From: Eledone cirrhosa
Lineage: Eukaryota
Reading direction: 5' to 3'
Assembly (NCBI GenBank): GCA_964016885.1
Contig: OZ024755.1
Span: 30,628,001-30,692,000 of the forward strand
DNA length: 64,000 nt
A model generated the notes under the pieces. It was not told where the DNA came from, did no database searches, and saw only the letters and a program-made list of their open reading frames with translations. Shown piece by piece: positions 25,760 to 41,267 of this stretch (position 1 is the stretch's first letter; each line of letters begins with the position of its first letter). Both the position numbers and the translations under genes were made by a program.

Positions 25760-25940
25760 TTGGCAGTATCGGTAGAGGGTCGGGCGCCATATTTTGAAGC
25801 ATAGAGTTACCTCCCCTTATGATCTGAGTTCAAATCCCGCCGAGGTTAACTTTGCCTTTCATCCTTACGGGGTCGATAAAATAAAGTACCAGTAATGCAC
25901 TGGGATAATTGCTGGCCTGGTGCCAAGCGTAGAAACAATT
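25760..25940 (+). mobile_element. SINE family A inserted into the second copy of a local ~200-bp duplication
   Basis: agacctgtcaactctccccgtccga at ~25356 and ~25656; SINE interrupts only the second copy. Confidence 0.85.
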
Positions 25941-27046
25941 GTGTAAAATCTCCTCATTTTGCCTCATTTTTTCCCGTTTTGGGACACTTTTTTTCATGTT
26001 ATTCCCTGTTTGAGTTTTTATGGGTTGGCAGGTCTGATAGTATTCTTCGGCTACATTATATGACGCGTATAAAGCACGGGTGGCTGCTATGGCAACAGAG
26101 AGTGTTTAGTTTTAGTGAATCCTGTAACTTCAAATTTAACCTAAAAAATAATGTTTTTAACTTTCGTTTTATAAAACCAGATGTAGGTTAATAGGAAAGA
26201 AATATAGAAATGATCTGTAAAGCTTATTATATGACCAGATGTTACACAAGGAGTGAAGAAAAGTCGCAGATGGCACCACATCGATTTATATTCAAGATAA
26301 TTTTTTTTTTTTTTGTGACCCTGAATTTTCAAATGTACCAGCATGGGTATCGAAGTCACGTGATGATTTGATGATTTTATCACTTTTTTTTTCTTTTTGA
26401 TTTTATTTTAAAATTCTTTTATTTAAAATTTTTTTTTTTTCCGTGCATTATGTTAAAGGTAGAAAACAAAAATATTGAGTGAAAGTTCGTTCGCAATAGC
26501 AATACACATGATAACGAAATTTATAACTTATCGAATACAAAATATTTTTCCATTATATTTATATACATACATATACGCATGTAGAATATATGCATCGATG
26601 GATACAAGCATTGACACATACGTATAAACGTATGTAGGTATAAGGAAAGGTATTGAGATCTAGCTCAATGATAACAATTTGGTGATATGTTCAAGGAGAG
26701 TCTATGCTGAAATCCTCATGTAATTAATGAGAATATGTTAAATTACGCAAAGCTTTTCAACGAAAATAGCTCGTCTTTCTGTGACACAGCACGAAATTGG
26801 GAATACACATTTATAGCAAAACTGAACCTAAAACGGTTGTAATTTCATATAGCATCTTGTAGTTTCCAGTGGTATATGTCTTCATATGTCTTAAGGGACC
26901 ATGGCAAAGTAGCATTACATGTTTAGAAGCATAAATAGAGAAGCCCCAAACGTTTGTCACACTCGATAGTGTGTGTGGATGTATGCGTGTGTGTGTGTGT
27001 GTGTGTGTGTTTATGTATGTATATATGCATGTTAGTATGTATGTAT

Positions 27047-27693
27047 GCCGGGTCACTCTTGAGTGCTACTGGTAACATGAAACCCAGTGTCGCATGGTCG
27101 GGTCGTCAGCGACTAAACCGGCAACCCCACCAAATTTACTTGGTGAGGAGGGTGATTTTGGACACCCTGCATGACAAAAAAACAAAACTTGACAAAAGGC
27201 GGAAGAACTCATAAGAAGCAACGGCCATCCAAAAATGTGTAAATATGTATATACATATGTATATATGTGTGTATATATATATATGTATATACATGTATAT
27301 CTTCCGGGAGAGATGGCCCCTTAGCCTTTGTCAAGGCAGAATTCTAGGAGAAGGAAAACTCTGATATAACACCTGCAACCCTGATGGTATCCAATGATGT
27401 TGACTTGTTCTTCTTTTTGGTAAATGTCATCTTGGTTAAGAGAGTGGGACTGGCTTTGTGCAGTTCCTTTGCTCACTATAAAAGCTTCACGGCACAGGCA
27501 TTGCTTTATATCTGGTGATCTCTCTGCACTTGTCGTCACATGGTACGATGAGCCCAGCACTATGTGTCAATAATTGTCACAAGTGTAGTGTTTGTACCAG
27601 AGTTTTCAAGTCGCTGGCTGGACTAAAAGTCACACTCGTTCAGCGCATGGATATAAAGTAGTGGCCGTACACGAAAACTAGTTGGCAGCCACC
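27047..27693 (+). mobile_element. Non-autonomous RTE-derived element (5' UTR joined to ORF C-terminus), interrupted by a TA-rich tract
   Basis: ctaggagaaggaaaactctg RTE-like 5' motif; 3' C2H2 remnant; colinear with 53719-54346. Confidence 0.8.
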
Positions 27694-28904
27694 ATATACA
27701 TGTATATATAAAGAAACTGGGATAACTCCGACATAAAACCTGCGGCTCAGTAGTTACTGATGATGTTGATCTTTTCTTCTTTTCGGGTTATAGCTACTGT
27801 TGCTCAGAGTGCGATTGGCCTAGTGTGTGTGTGTGTGGATCTGTGTCAGAGAACAAAATGGATACGTTATTTCAAATATCTACTAGGGATGAGTATGCAA
27901 GCAGATGTTTAATCTGCAGTAAAGACACTATAAAAAAATGGCAAAAAAGATATAGTCTGAAAATACTATTTATTTATAAATATTTATTTCCTTGAATCAT
28001 ATTTAAAGTAAATATTTAAAAATGAGAAAATTGGTAAACTTGTAAGCTTAAACAGCATTTAACTCACTTAGATGCAATTTTATGCTTACGTCATCACATA
28101 TGTTCATCTGGTTATGTTTGTATGTTTGTGTGTGTGTCTGTGCATAAATATATACACAAAGTCGGGATGGCCATCGCTGGTGTGTTTTGATCAAAGGTTT
28201 GCTCAGTCAAGACTGACCAAGGGCTACAAACCCTCCTAATTAACTTCATGATAATCATCATCATCATTATCTAGTGTGTAGTAGAGTGGGTTGGCAGTAT
28301 CGGTAGAATGTCGGACGCCATGCTTTGCAGCATAGAGTAACGGCCCTTTATGATCTGAGTTCAAATCACGTCGAGGTTAACTTTGCCTTTCATGCTTACA
28401 GGGTCGATAAAATGAAGTACCAGTAATGCACTGGGATAATTGTTGGCCTTGTGCCAATAGTAGAAACAATTATATAGCAAGTAAGGACTTCTGTGTAAAG
28501 GAGAAATAGAGCGCAAAGTATTTGTAATATATACATTTATATATTTCATTTGTTTCACCGAAAATGGGACAAGGGAATTAATGTCATGTAATTATGATGG
28601 TTTAGGATAATTATGATGTATGTCTGTCTCCTAAACAACTTTAAGCCTTTGCTAAATTGATTTTGTTTAACTTCTATACTTGTAATTTAGAGGCGTTGCC
28701 TTGAAAGTCTATAATTTAGATAAATAATTGTTAGGTTAGCAATTTTGTTTCTTATTTAGAAGATTCACATATTCTGTCACCCAGTTTAGCCCCCTAAAAC
28801 ACGCCCGTGTATTCCTTCGGCGGTGTTTAAACTTCTGCTAACATTCCAACCAAGTTTTTCCCTCCAATCACTTTGGCATGCTTTTCCCCTTCTAAGTCAT
28901 TGCG

Positions 28905-29296
28905 AGAGAGAGAGGGGGAAGAGGGAGAGAGAGGGGGGAGAGGGAGAGAGAGAGCGGGAGGGAGAGAGAGAGAGCGGGAGGGAGGGAGAGAGAGAGCGGG
29001 AGGGAGAGAGAGAGGGGGATGGAAGAGAGGGAGATAGGGGGATGGAAGAGAGAGAGAGAGAGAGGGGGATGGAAGAGAGGGAGAGAGAGAGGGGGATGGA
29101 AGAGAGGGAGAGAGAGAGGGGGATGGAAGAGAGGGAGAGAGAGAGAGAAGGAAGAAAGAGAGAGAAGAGAGAAAGTGCGAGAGAAAGTGCGAGAGAAAGT
29201 GCGAGAGAAAGTGGGATGGGTGAGAGAGAGAGAGTGGGATGGGTGAGAGAGAGAGAGTGGGATGGGTGAGAGAGAGAGTGGGATGGGTGAGAGAAA
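28905..29296. repeat. Purine-rich (GA)n compound repeat
   Basis: Direct reading. Confidence 0.95.
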
Positions 29297-29558
29297 GCGA
29301 GAGTATGATCAAGGTTTCAAAGCTAATTAAAACTGAGGCGATCTCTTAAAATACAAGATTTCCACCATCAAACAGTTATGCCTTTCATCCTGTCGAGGTC
29401 GATAAAAAAAAGTACCAGTCAAGTACTGGTGTCGATTCTTCCTCTATATCTCTTTCTCATTTCCTCTCTCTCATTTTCTATCTTTCTCTTGAAGAAGAAA
29501 TCTGCTGTACTCAGATCTGAAGAGGGATGGACTCCGCCAGGCTTAAAATGACCAAGAA

Positions 29559-29887
29559 ACGCCGTACGTCACTACGACGCCGTACGTCACTACGACGCCG
29601 TACGTCACTACGACGCCGTACGCCACTACGACGCCGTACGCCACTACGACGCCGTACGCCACTACGACGCCGTACGCCACTACGACGCCGTACGCCACTA
29701 CGACGCCGTACGTCACTACGACGCCGTATGTCATTACGACGTCGTATGTCACTACGACGCCGTATGTCATTACGACGCCGTACGTCACTACGACGCCGTA
29801 CGTCACTACGACGCCGTACGTCACTACGACGCCGTACGTCACTACGACGCCGTATGTCACTACGACGCCGTATGTCACTACAACGCC
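29559..29887. repeat. 18-bp CpG-rich minisatellite (acgccgtacgtcactacg) x~18
   Basis: Direct reading; variants cluster in blocks. Confidence 0.97.
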
Positions 29888-30037
29888 CCTACGCCTGTCA
29901 GGCGTTACGGGAACATACCTACATACATCATTGTTTTAGCTTGAATTCAGTTATGCAGTCTTCTTTCGAAGGTTCACTTTAATGAATGAGGATTTAAAAA
30001 GTTAAAGAATTTAACGGGAAAACCTTAATTATATAAT

Positions 30038-30604
30038 TAATTGTTTCTACTTTAGGCACAAGGCCAGCAATTACCCAGTGCATTACTGGTACTTTATTTT
30101 ATCGACCTCATGATGATGAAAGGCAAAGTCAACCTCGGCGGGATTTGAACTCGGGTCGTAAAGGGACGTAACTATGCTGGAAAGCATGGCGTCCGACCCT
30201 CTACCGATACTGCCAATCAATGGTTTTGTAGTATAGGCACAAGGCCAGCGATTTCTTTTGGGGGGGGGGGGTCGATTAATACGACTCCAGTGCATGACTG
30301 GTACTTTATTTTATCGACCCCCGTAAGGATGAAAGGCAAAGTTGTCCTCGGCGGGATTTGAACTCAGATCATAAAGAGCCGAAACTCTCTGCTACAAAGC
30401 ATGGCGTCTGACGCTCTACCGATACTGCCAACATATAATTAATTGTTTCTACTTTTGGCACAAGGCCAGCAATTATCCCAGTGCATTACTGGTACTTTAT
30501 TTTATCGAACCCTGTAAGGATGAAAGGCAAAGTTAACCTCGGCGGGATTTGAACTCAGAATGGCAAGGGCCGTAACTCAATGCGTCAAAGCATGGCGTCC
30601 GACC
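30038..30604 (-). mobile_element. Three tandem SINE family A copies
   Basis: Three core/B-box units. Confidence 0.92.
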
Positions 30605-31304
30605 CAACGATCGTAGTGTCCGTCGCTTTTTGCCAAGGACAAAATAAGTATGATACAATGTATTCTTCCATTTAAAAGATTGGTAGAGTCTGATTTATGT
30701 GAGACTGAGCTGTTATTTATAATAGGCCATGTTTTCACACAGAAGCTCACTCCTTGGTTCGTAGGAGTTAACTATAATTTTCCTGAATTGAAAGATACCT
30801 TAATAACATTGTGAATTATAACAATGCTTCTCTCAAAACAATTGAAGCAGTTGCGGATGTCAGAATGTCTTGTTGGTAGCAATTAGTTAGCCAGAACAAA
30901 CGTTGACAAAAAGACAGGAGGTTTGCTGTTTTTAAAATAAATAAAATAATTTACATTAATCATTCTTAAAAAAAAAAATCACACTACTGACAAACTGAAG
31001 TGTTGATACTAGCCTATCAAAAATGTACACTTTTTTTTTATATTGTGTTATTGATCTTATGTGATTGGTTTCGATTTGGAAGAAATTAATGCGTTTAATT
31101 TTCTCCTTGAAAAGTCGCGGTTCGATGACTGCAAGAAAATATCTAGAATTCTGACGTTCTGCATGTAGTAGAGTAGGCATATCAAACATACAGCCCTTTA
31201 CAAGCACATCTGCGGTCCGCACAAAGGTTTTTACAGCGCGAGCATCTTTTATCTTCGTAATATAAAATAAAAAAACATTAGTTGTAATGTGCGCAATTAG
31301 TTGT

Positions 31305-31436
31305 CGTGTGTGGCCCTCAGACAACCCATATGTGACCCATGTGGCCCTCAGACAACACATGTGTGACCCATGTGGCCCTCAGACAACACAAATGTGACCC
31401 ATGTGGCTCTCGGGCACCCTCAGTTTGACATGCCTG
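31305..31436. mobile_element. hAT (Charlie-like) transposon end with ~28-bp subterminal repeats
   Basis: agtttgacatgcctg is the reverse complement of a caggcatgtcaaact TIR; gtgacccatgtggccctcagacaac repeated; partner TIR not found. Confidence 0.6.
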
Positions 31437-32309
31437 TAGTAAAGGGTGAATAGGGTGTGTGGATTAGACACACTAGCGAGGACAAAAGGCGGTAAGACAA
31501 CTTAATCGAGGGTACTTAAGTAAGGATAAGGAGACGAGTCATCCAGGAAAAACAGAGGTCATTGTAGTAAAGGTAGAAATTAATTTACAGGTACGTTTAT
31601 AAAATTATCAAAGAGTTCTTTTGCCATGAGGAGTGAAAGGTATTAATATTTCAGACTTTACGGCTCTCTTACAATCTGAAATCAAATCCAGCCGAGGTTA
31701 ACTTTGTCTTTCATACTTACGGGGTCGATTTAGTCGACTATCCACCTCCAAAATTATTGGCGTTGTGTCTAAATCAGAAACCAATATTTCCGGAGCTTAC
31801 CCTTTGCTTGATAATTAAGAAAATAGAGAAATGTAGTCACCTTTGTCATAAAGTGATAACAATATCCTATCCTCTCAGATTTTATAAGACAGGAAAGTAC
31901 TCTAAATGTTATACCTTTTATCTCCAATATTGGCCAGCGATTTGGTATATGTTTGTAAGCAATTCTATACCAATCAGAAGAATAATCTTTCTTTCAATGT
32001 GTTCTAAGATATCTGTGGTATTTTTACAACCAAAAAAACCGCGATAACCAACTTCACTTTGTTGTAGCTAATTCGCTGCCATCAGCGTGCCTTTTAAAAT
32101 AACACTGTCTCTAACACGAAGGCAAATATTTAGTTCTCGAGTAAACAAACACAAATATCGACCTTAAACACTAAACTTCTATAATTGGTCTATCGTTAGA
32201 CTTAATAACTACTGGCTCTAATTTAGCACAAGAAGCCAACTTCTGATACAATTAACATCTATATTAGAAATACAGACATTTATATATTTATGAAAGATAT
32301 TTATACTGA

Positions 32310-32529
32310 AAATGGTTTCTGATTTAGGCACAAGGCCAGCAATTTCGGGGGAAGGGAAAGTTGATTAAATCGACCCCAGTGTGTTACTGGTACTTTATTT
32401 TATCGACCCGTAAGGATGAATGGCAAAGCTAACCTTGTCGAGATTTGAACTCAGAAAGTAAAGGGCCGTAATTCTATGCCGCAAAACATGTTGTCCGACG
32501 CTCCACTGATTTTGTCAATCCATCGCCCT
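32310..32529 (-). mobile_element. SINE family A long variant with TSD tttatactgaaaatg
   Basis: Direct repeat on both sides. Confidence 0.9.
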
Positions 32530-32854
32530 TTATACTGAAAATGTAACAACTTTCTCTATCCTCGGGTTAATGAATTAATATCTGATACCTCGGAACGATA
32601 TACTAATTTTTCCTGTAACATGGATTTATCTTTCGTCGAGAACAGAGAGAATTTTATAGAAGCTATCATGAAATTATCTGAAATGACTTCCAAGATATTG
32701 ATCTCTGGAGATTTATGCTTCTGGACAACTGAGTTTTGAGTCTCTGAAACAGTTTCAATTCTTTATTCATATTTTTAGTCATTGCCATCACGATATCTAT
32801 TTTGTCAACTCTACATGTTATGCCGGATCAAAAAGAAGCCTTAATATAAGTGTT

Positions 32855-32907
<53 letters not shown>

Positions 32908-32911
<4 letters not shown>

Positions 32912-33230
32912 TTGCGAGGTTTTTTATATGAAATCGTGTGTCGAAACAAATATTGTTATACTTGGGGAGGAAAATATAGCACCACTGACGATGTTGCAGA
33001 TGTGCAACGAAAGATTTATGATAAACTATATATATGTGTTTGTGTCTATATTGTATCTGTATTATTTTTGACCGCCGGTCAGTCAATGGCAACATTGAGG
33101 ACCGAGTATATTAGATTACCGATATAAAAGACACAGAAGCGAGAAGCGAAAACCAACCAAACAGTGAGTGTGTTCTGTTATTAATTCTGGCAATATTACA
33201 CAAATATGACCCTCCCCAAGTATAACAATA
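32908..33230 (-). mobile_element. Fold-back element of the 52880-53496 family
   Basis: tattgttatacttggggagg / cctccccaagtataacaata termini; tail aaatcgtgtgtcgaaac shared with 52918-52933; between TA tracts. Confidence 0.72.
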
Positions 33231-33296
33231 TATATATATATATATATATATATTAATTCAAAATATTAACAAAATAGATATTCTTGTGATCAATTA

Positions 33297-33363
33297 TATT
33301 TTATTATACATATTTCAGAGGCACTGAATTAAGTTCAACAGTACGTCCTCATCAGATAAAATA
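33297..33363 (-). ncRNA. Minimal type I hammerhead ribozyme
   Basis: Minus strand: tattttat-CTGATGA-ggacgtactg...cagtgcctct-GAAA-t-atgt-a-TA-ataaaata; flank homologous to the element around 21033. Confidence 0.8.
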
Positions 33364-33916
33364 AAATTATACATGACATACCCTGACATGGTAGATGGTT
33401 AAGATTTAATCAAGGTAGTGATTAACTCATGACAAAAACTCAATATTTATACCATAATATTGAGACCATGAGAAAACATAATACAAACAATAGAGAGGGT
33501 GTGAGTAATATATTTGAAGAAATACATGGCATCAATATAACAGTTATAGAATTTTTAATTTTTAAAAACTACTAGAAAAAGAGGAGGGAAAGGAAAGCAT
33601 ATAGGAAGAAACAGCTGATGTGATAACTTATTTAGTATTTAGCTTGAGAAGACAGATGAAAGATGATTAAAGAGAGAGACAAATGGGAGTAATTTATGTT
33701 CAAGTTTCTAGACACACAGATTCTTATATAGTATAGTTGGCGGTTAATTTTCAAAATATTTCATTTATGTTATTTCATGGTAAAGAATCAAATTTTAGGT
33801 TTTAAAAGTTAATAGCTATTTGTATTAATATTATAATATAATTATGTTAAATTTCTAAAATTCAAATTTTATGAAAACAAATTTAAAGGATTTGCGAAAC
33901 CCGAGAAAGAAAGAAA

Positions 33917-34438
<522 letters not shown>

Positions 34439-37249
34439 AACTTTGAATAACTTTGAAATGTTTTGGCCAGTATCGGCCCAGGCCATGTCTAACTTAATAG
34501 CACCACCTGGCGAAGTCTTTCAATTCAGGATTTGGGCACCATGGCCCATTCGAGAAGAGAATTACTGTTTGCGGAGACATATCCGGGTGTGGGTGGTTTG
34601 TCCGGGATTACTTGGAGGAATTTGTCCAAAGACTTCTTGAATTTTGTGTGGTCAGTTTCTGTTTTGACGTGTCCTGGTGTGATGTTGAAGAGAGCAGGGC
34701 CGATTGAGGTGAAATAATTGTGCCGTATTGTTGTTATGAGTTGCGATTTAGATTTTTGAATGGGACGGATAGCACGGGGCCCAAGCCTTGGGTGTATCTT
34801 GAAGGCGATGCCAACATCATTTGGGCAGTGATGATGGAACATTTTCCACATCATGCAGATAATATAACGCTCACGGCGACGTTGGAGTGAGTAAAGTTTC
34901 AGGTTTTCTAATCGACCCCAGTAGTCAAGGTCTGACATGCCATCTATCTTTTTTGTGATTGCCCTTTGAGGAGCTTCAAGTTTCATGATACTTTGTTTCG
35001 TGTGGGGAGACCACAGTGGACAACAGTATTCAAGGTGTGGTCGGGCAAAAGTAGAGAAGAGAAGGATAATGGTGCGGGAATCTCTCGACTGGAAGGTTCT
35101 GAGGATCCAGGAACACATTCTGCGGGCCATGTCAACTTTGCTGCTTATATGCGTGGTCCAGCTTATGTTGCTGTCCACGGTTACTCCCAAGTCTCTGATG
35201 TTGTTAGATGCCACGAGAGTTTCCCCGGAGGGAAGGGAGTACGGGAGTTTCAGAGCATCCTCTTTTCCAAAGTGGATCAGTTCGAATTTGTCTTCGTTCA
35301 GTAACATGTTGTTCTTTTCTGCCCATTGGGTAACAGCCAGTAGGTCTGACTGAAGGCTTATCCGGTCATCCACGCCATTGATGACCTTTTGGAGCTTGGA
35401 ATCATCAGCGAAAATTTTAATGTTGCTGTGTTTGATGATGTCAGTGATGTCATTAATATAGATGATGAAGAGAAGTGGGCCCAACACAGTGCCTTGTGGA
35501 ACCCCACTACTGACTTTGGCTGGGCTTGATTTGACTCCCTCAACTACAACATGTTGGGTTCTGTTTGACAGGAAGCTCTTGATCCACTGCAGCAGCTTTC
35601 CAGTGACACCAATATTGGACAGCTTTCTCAGTAGAATGTTATGATCAACCCTGTCAAAGGCCTTGCTGAAATCAAGGTAGATAACATCAGTGTTGGAACC
35701 CTCTCCCAAGGCTCTCAAAATGTCATCAAAGTGATGCAGTAGCTGCGTCAGGCAATCCCTTCCATTACGGAATCCATGCTGGTTGGAGTTCAGCATATTG
35801 TTACTCTCAAGGAAGTGGGTCATTCGCGATCTCACCACTCGCTCAAATACCTTAATGATATGAGAGGTGAGTGAGATTGGACGGTAATTCACGGCAAGGG
35901 ATTTGTTTCCCTTTTTGAAAACTGGGACAACAGACTGGCATAGAAGGTTTTCTGGCACATATCCAGCATCCAGTGAGTTCCGCCACAGATTGGCAAGAGG
36001 AGATGCAAGTTGGTGTTGACACGCCTTCAAGACACAAGCAGGGAACCTATCGGGACCTACTGCTGAATTATGCTTGATTTCCTTTATTGCCGCCAGGACA
36101 TCAGGGGCGCCAAACGTTATGTCCGATAAGGTGTAATGGGGAGTAACATCGCCGATACAGCCCAGATCGGCCATATCAGGATTGCTGAAAACAGAGCAGT
36201 ATTGTTTCTGCAGTATCTCACCCATGGTTTTAGCATTGTCTTGAAGAGTGCCATTTTCATCAATTAGAGGGCCAACAGTAGAGCCAGTGATTTTGTGTTT
36301 TTGTGCAAATGAAAAGAACACTTTGGGATTGAGTTTGATATTCTCAATGGCCCAGGCCTCTTCAGCTCTTCTCTGATTGTTGATGAGGGACATTATGTTG
36401 TTTTGGAGGTTATGTTTTTTAATCTCTAGTGATGAAATGGCAGTCAAGTTGATGTGTTGCTGGTGACAGTATTTCAGCTTGTTGATTTTTTTGTTCGTTC
36501 TCTTAATTTTTCTGATGAGCGTTTTTCTATTTCTAGGGATTCTGCTCTTAGATTTGTTTATAGTTCTTAATGGGGTGTGTTTAGCACATATGTTTGTAAC
36601 AGTGTCCACAAATGTCTGCTAGGACTTTTTGATGTTAGTGGGTGTATGAGTGTGCGTGAAGGACCAGTCGACATGTGCAAGATCATGACTGATCGCTTCC
36701 CAGTTTGCATTGTGGAAATCCATAGCGTCAAACGGATGGACAGGAGAGATGACATTGGGTTTGTATATTGGACGGTGGAATCTCAGATCACAGAGAACCA
36801 TGTCATGATCAGAGAGTAGAGTTTTCTCCACTGCAATATTGTGGATATTGTCAGTGTGATTGCTGAAAATTAAGTCTAGGACGTTTTTGTGGCACCTCGT
36901 TGGTTCGAGCACCAGTTGGGATAGGAAGAAATCATCCATGAAGTCAAGAAGCGGTTCCACAGCTTCCCTGTCAGAGGTTGAGGCAGAAGAACCTGGTGGC
37001 AGGCTGTTTGTGGACCAGTCAACTCCGGGGAGGTTGAAGTCCCCCATCATTAAGATGTTGTCAGGGTGACACTCTTGGATGAAACACTTTATGCTGTTGA
37101 GGCATTCCTTGAAGCATGGTACAGGCGTTTGGGGTGGCCTATAGAGCCCAACTACTAATAGGTTGTTGGTTTGACTGAATACAGTGACTGCTTCACAGTA
37201 TCCATTAGTGAATATGTTCATAGCCTCTGTTGAGAAAGAATTATGGACA
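34439..37249 (-). mobile_element. CR1/L2-group LINE, 5'-truncated inside the endonuclease
   Basis: APE motifs [25 protein letters not shown]; RT ORF; short 3' UTR ending in (ttcaaagtta)x2. Confidence 0.9.
34525..36609 (-). CDS. LINE ORF2 reverse transcriptase portion (frameshift near 36615 separates it from the endonuclease)
   Basis: [66 protein letters not shown]. Confidence 0.9.
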   Translation of the reverse strand: MDTVTNICAKHTPLRTINKSKSRIPRNRKTLIRKIKRTNKKINKLKYCHQQHINLTAISSLEIKKHNLQNNIMSLINNQRRAEEAWAIENIKLNPKVFFSFAQKHKITGSTVGPLIDENGTLQDNAKTMGEILQKQYCSVFSNPDMADLGCIGDVTPHYTLSDITFGAPDVLAAIKEIKHNSAVGPDRFPACVLKACQHQLASPLANLWRNSLDAGYVPENLLCQSVVPVFKKGNKSLAVNYRPISLTSHIIKVFERVVRSRMTHFLESNNMLNSNQHGFRNGRDCLTQLLHHFDDILRALGEGSNTDVIYLDFSKAFDRVDHNILLRKLSNIGVTGKLLQWIKSFLSNRTQHVVVEGVKSSPAKVSSGVPQGTVLGPLLFIIYINDITDIIKHSNIKIFADDSKLQKVINGVDDRISLQSDLLAVTQWAEKNNMLLNEDKFELIHFGKEDALKLPYSLPSGETLVASNNIRDLGVTVDSNISWTTHISSKVDMARRMCSWILRTFQSRDSRTIILLFSTFARPHLEYCCPLWSPHTKQSIMKLEAPQRAITKKIDGMSDLDYWGRLENLKLYSLQRRRERYIICMMWKMFHHHCPNDVGIAFKIHPRLGPRAIRPIQKSKSQLITTIRHNYFTSIGPALFNITPGHVKTETDHTKFKKSLDKFLQVIPDKPPTPGYVSANSNSLLEWAMVPKS

Positions 37250-38573
<1,324 letters not shown>

Positions 38574-39307
38574 ATGTGTGTATTTATGGATATATTTGTT
38601 TGTGTATTTTCTAGCTAATTGATGACCACATGAGGTAATTAGCATGCTTTATAAATTACTATAATTATGTTTTGTTCTAGTTGCATACTACGAAGCTGAT
38701 TCACTAGTTAAACGTATGTACCAGATTACAAATTACATTATTTACTTTTCTATGCTCCATTTAATATTGTAAAACACCAGGGAATTCAATAATGAATTGT
38801 ATTATACCTTCATTATTGTGAATTATAGGAGAAACAAAGATATTATATACTCGAGAAAATAATGAAAATCCGTCGGAAGTTTACATGAAAATGGAATGCA
38901 CACTTTTCTTCGTTCCACATCACTTATAAAGAGGTATGAAATTTATTGTAGAATATCTGCAATATAACAATGTATATATGTATATAAATATATATGTATG
39001 TATATATATATGTATATATAATATCATACAATATATATGTGTGTGTGTGGGTTATATTTGGGGATGGTCATGTAGCCAATATTGCTAATAGAAAGAAACA
39101 CAGGCACCATATAATTTTCACTTTATCTTCATTGTTCGTTATTCATTTGTTTATCAAAGTTCTTTCGTCACACATTCTGTGACTTCTACAATGGGCATTC
39201 TTTTTGTACCTTCTCTTTTTCCTGGTCTTAAACTTCTACTCAAAATAAAAAGACAAACAAAGACATGATAGAAAAAGAGGAGGCACAAAACAGATATTAT
39301 TATTGCG

Positions 39308-39800
39308 CCTGGATTGGCAGTATCGGTAGAGGGTCGGACGCCATGCTTTGCAGCAAAGAGTTACGGTCCTTTATGGTCTGAGTTCAAATCCCGCCGAGGT
39401 TAACTTTGCCTTTCATCCTTACAGGGTCGATAAAATAAAGTACCAGTAATACACTGGGTAATTGGTGGCCTTGTGCCAAAAGTAGAAACATTTGAATCCC
39501 ACCGAGGTTAACTTTCCCTTTCATCCTTACGGGGTCGATAAAATAAACTACCAGTCACGCACTGGTGTCGATTTAATCGACTTTCCCCTCCCTCAAAATT
39601 TCTGGCCTTGTGCCTATATCAGAAATCAGTATCAGTAGAGGGTCGGACGCCATACTTTCCAGCATAGTTACGTCCCTTTACGATCTGAGTTCAAATCCCG
39701 CCGAGGTTGACTTTGCCTTTCATCCTTACGGGGTCGATAAAATAAAGTACCAGTAATGCACTGGGTATTTGCTGGCCTTGTGCCTATATAAGAAATCATT
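39308..39800 (+). mobile_element. Three tandem or overlapping SINE family A copies
   Basis: Three core units. Confidence 0.9.
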
Positions 39801-39809
39801 ATTATGTGA

Positions 39810-40030
39810 AATTACCATGCAACCCTTTACGTAGTTCTTAGATTCAGTGTGACACAGTGTATGATAAGGCTAGTCCTTCGAACTACAGGTACAACTCATT
39901 TTTGCCAACTGAGTTGACTGGAGCAGCGTGAAATAAAGTGTCTTGCTCAAGGACACAACGTGCCGCCGGGAATCGAACTCACGATCTTACGATTGTGAAG
40001 CTGAATACCACAAAGCCACGAGCCTTCACT
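39810..40030 (-). mobile_element. tRNA-derived SINE family B (V/CORE-like central motif)
   Basis: Minus strand gtgaaggctcgtggc...gagttcgattcc...gtgtccttgagcaagacactttatttcacgctgctcc; homologues at 51105-51325 and 63472-63595. Confidence 0.85.
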
Positions 40031-40368
40031 CATACTATACAGATCTATAAAAAGAGCATAAGTAAATGTTAAGGAGACTAGCCGATTGTTTTAGAATTAG
40101 CAACTGACGGTATCGTAGTCAACAACAAAGTAAAGGCATTGTCTTGGGAAGTAAAGCAACGTATCATCTCTTACTTTAGTTATCATACTGCCTCAAGAAT
40201 TGTGTTAAAACAACACAAACCCGAACTATGTGTGTGGCGGGTGGGTCTGTGGGTGTGTGGGTGGCGGGTAGGTCTATGGGAGGGTCTGTGGGTGTGGGTG
40301 TGGCGGGTAGGTCTATGGGTGGGTCTGTGGGTGTGTGTGTGGCGGGTGGGTATGTGGTTCTATGGGTG

Positions 40369-40402
<34 letters not shown>

Positions 40403-40473
40403 CGGGTGAATGTATTTGGGTGGGTTTGTGGGAGTATGCGTACATGATGGCCGGAGAGAAGATAAGTTAAATG

Positions 40474-40552
<79 letters not shown>

Positions 40553-40654
40553 GGGTGGGTTTGTGGGAGTATGCGTACATGATGGCCGGAGAGAAGATAA
40601 GTTAAATGTAGTGTGTGTGGGTGTGTGTGTTAGGTAATTCCGAAGAAAAAGCAA

Positions 40655-40900
40655 GGGAAAAAAGAGTACTCTATGTATAGAGCAGAGCTATTTAATTAGA
40701 AAGTGAACAACACAATATATAACTACACCATTACCAAAGGTTTCAGGATCCTAGATAATATTAATATATGTCTAGATCGTTCATCAGACATGAGAGGTTA
40801 TCTCTCTCTGATGAACGACCCAGACTTATATTAATAATGTCTAGGATCCTGAAACCTTTGGTAATGGTGTAGTTATATTTTGTGTTGTTTACTTTCTAAT

Positions 40901-40902
<2 letters not shown>
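40655..40902 (-). mobile_element. Hammerhead-core fold-back element, ~210-bp palindrome 40693-40902 plus tail
   Basis: CTGATGA (40808)-stem II-GAAA (40851)-cc-ttt-gg-TA in both arms; stem I not recoverable; TA tract on the right. Confidence 0.8.
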
Positions 40903-40941
<39 letters not shown>

Positions 40942-41267
40942 AAAAGGTAAACAGAAATAACACCACAATCGGTACAGTACGTGGAAGGAATACATCAGGT
41001 TAACGCTTGAAATAGCAGGAAGAGGGTGCGTGCGCGCGCGTGTGCGCGCGCGTGTGCGTGTGCGTGTGTGCGTGTGTGTGCGTGCGTGCGTGTGTGTGTG
41101 TGTGCGCGTGTGTGTGTGTGTGCGTGTGTGCGCATTAACCCCCAGCCCAAAAGAAAACTTTACTATGCATATAGTATTCAGCTGTTTACGGCTACCCCTC
41201 GCGAGAATACTCCAATTTAACGAATATTCATATACACTCATCGCTTCAAACCTTTCAATTATATATA

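Noticed and set aside
29527-29982. Protamine-like RRRTSL ORF
   Set aside because: Translation of an 18-bp minisatellite, also open on the reverse strand; no expression evidence
33600-33870. Possible PLE ORF C-terminus upstream of the 33297 hammerhead
   Set aside because: Only a faint NLNIN resemblance; not supportable by eye
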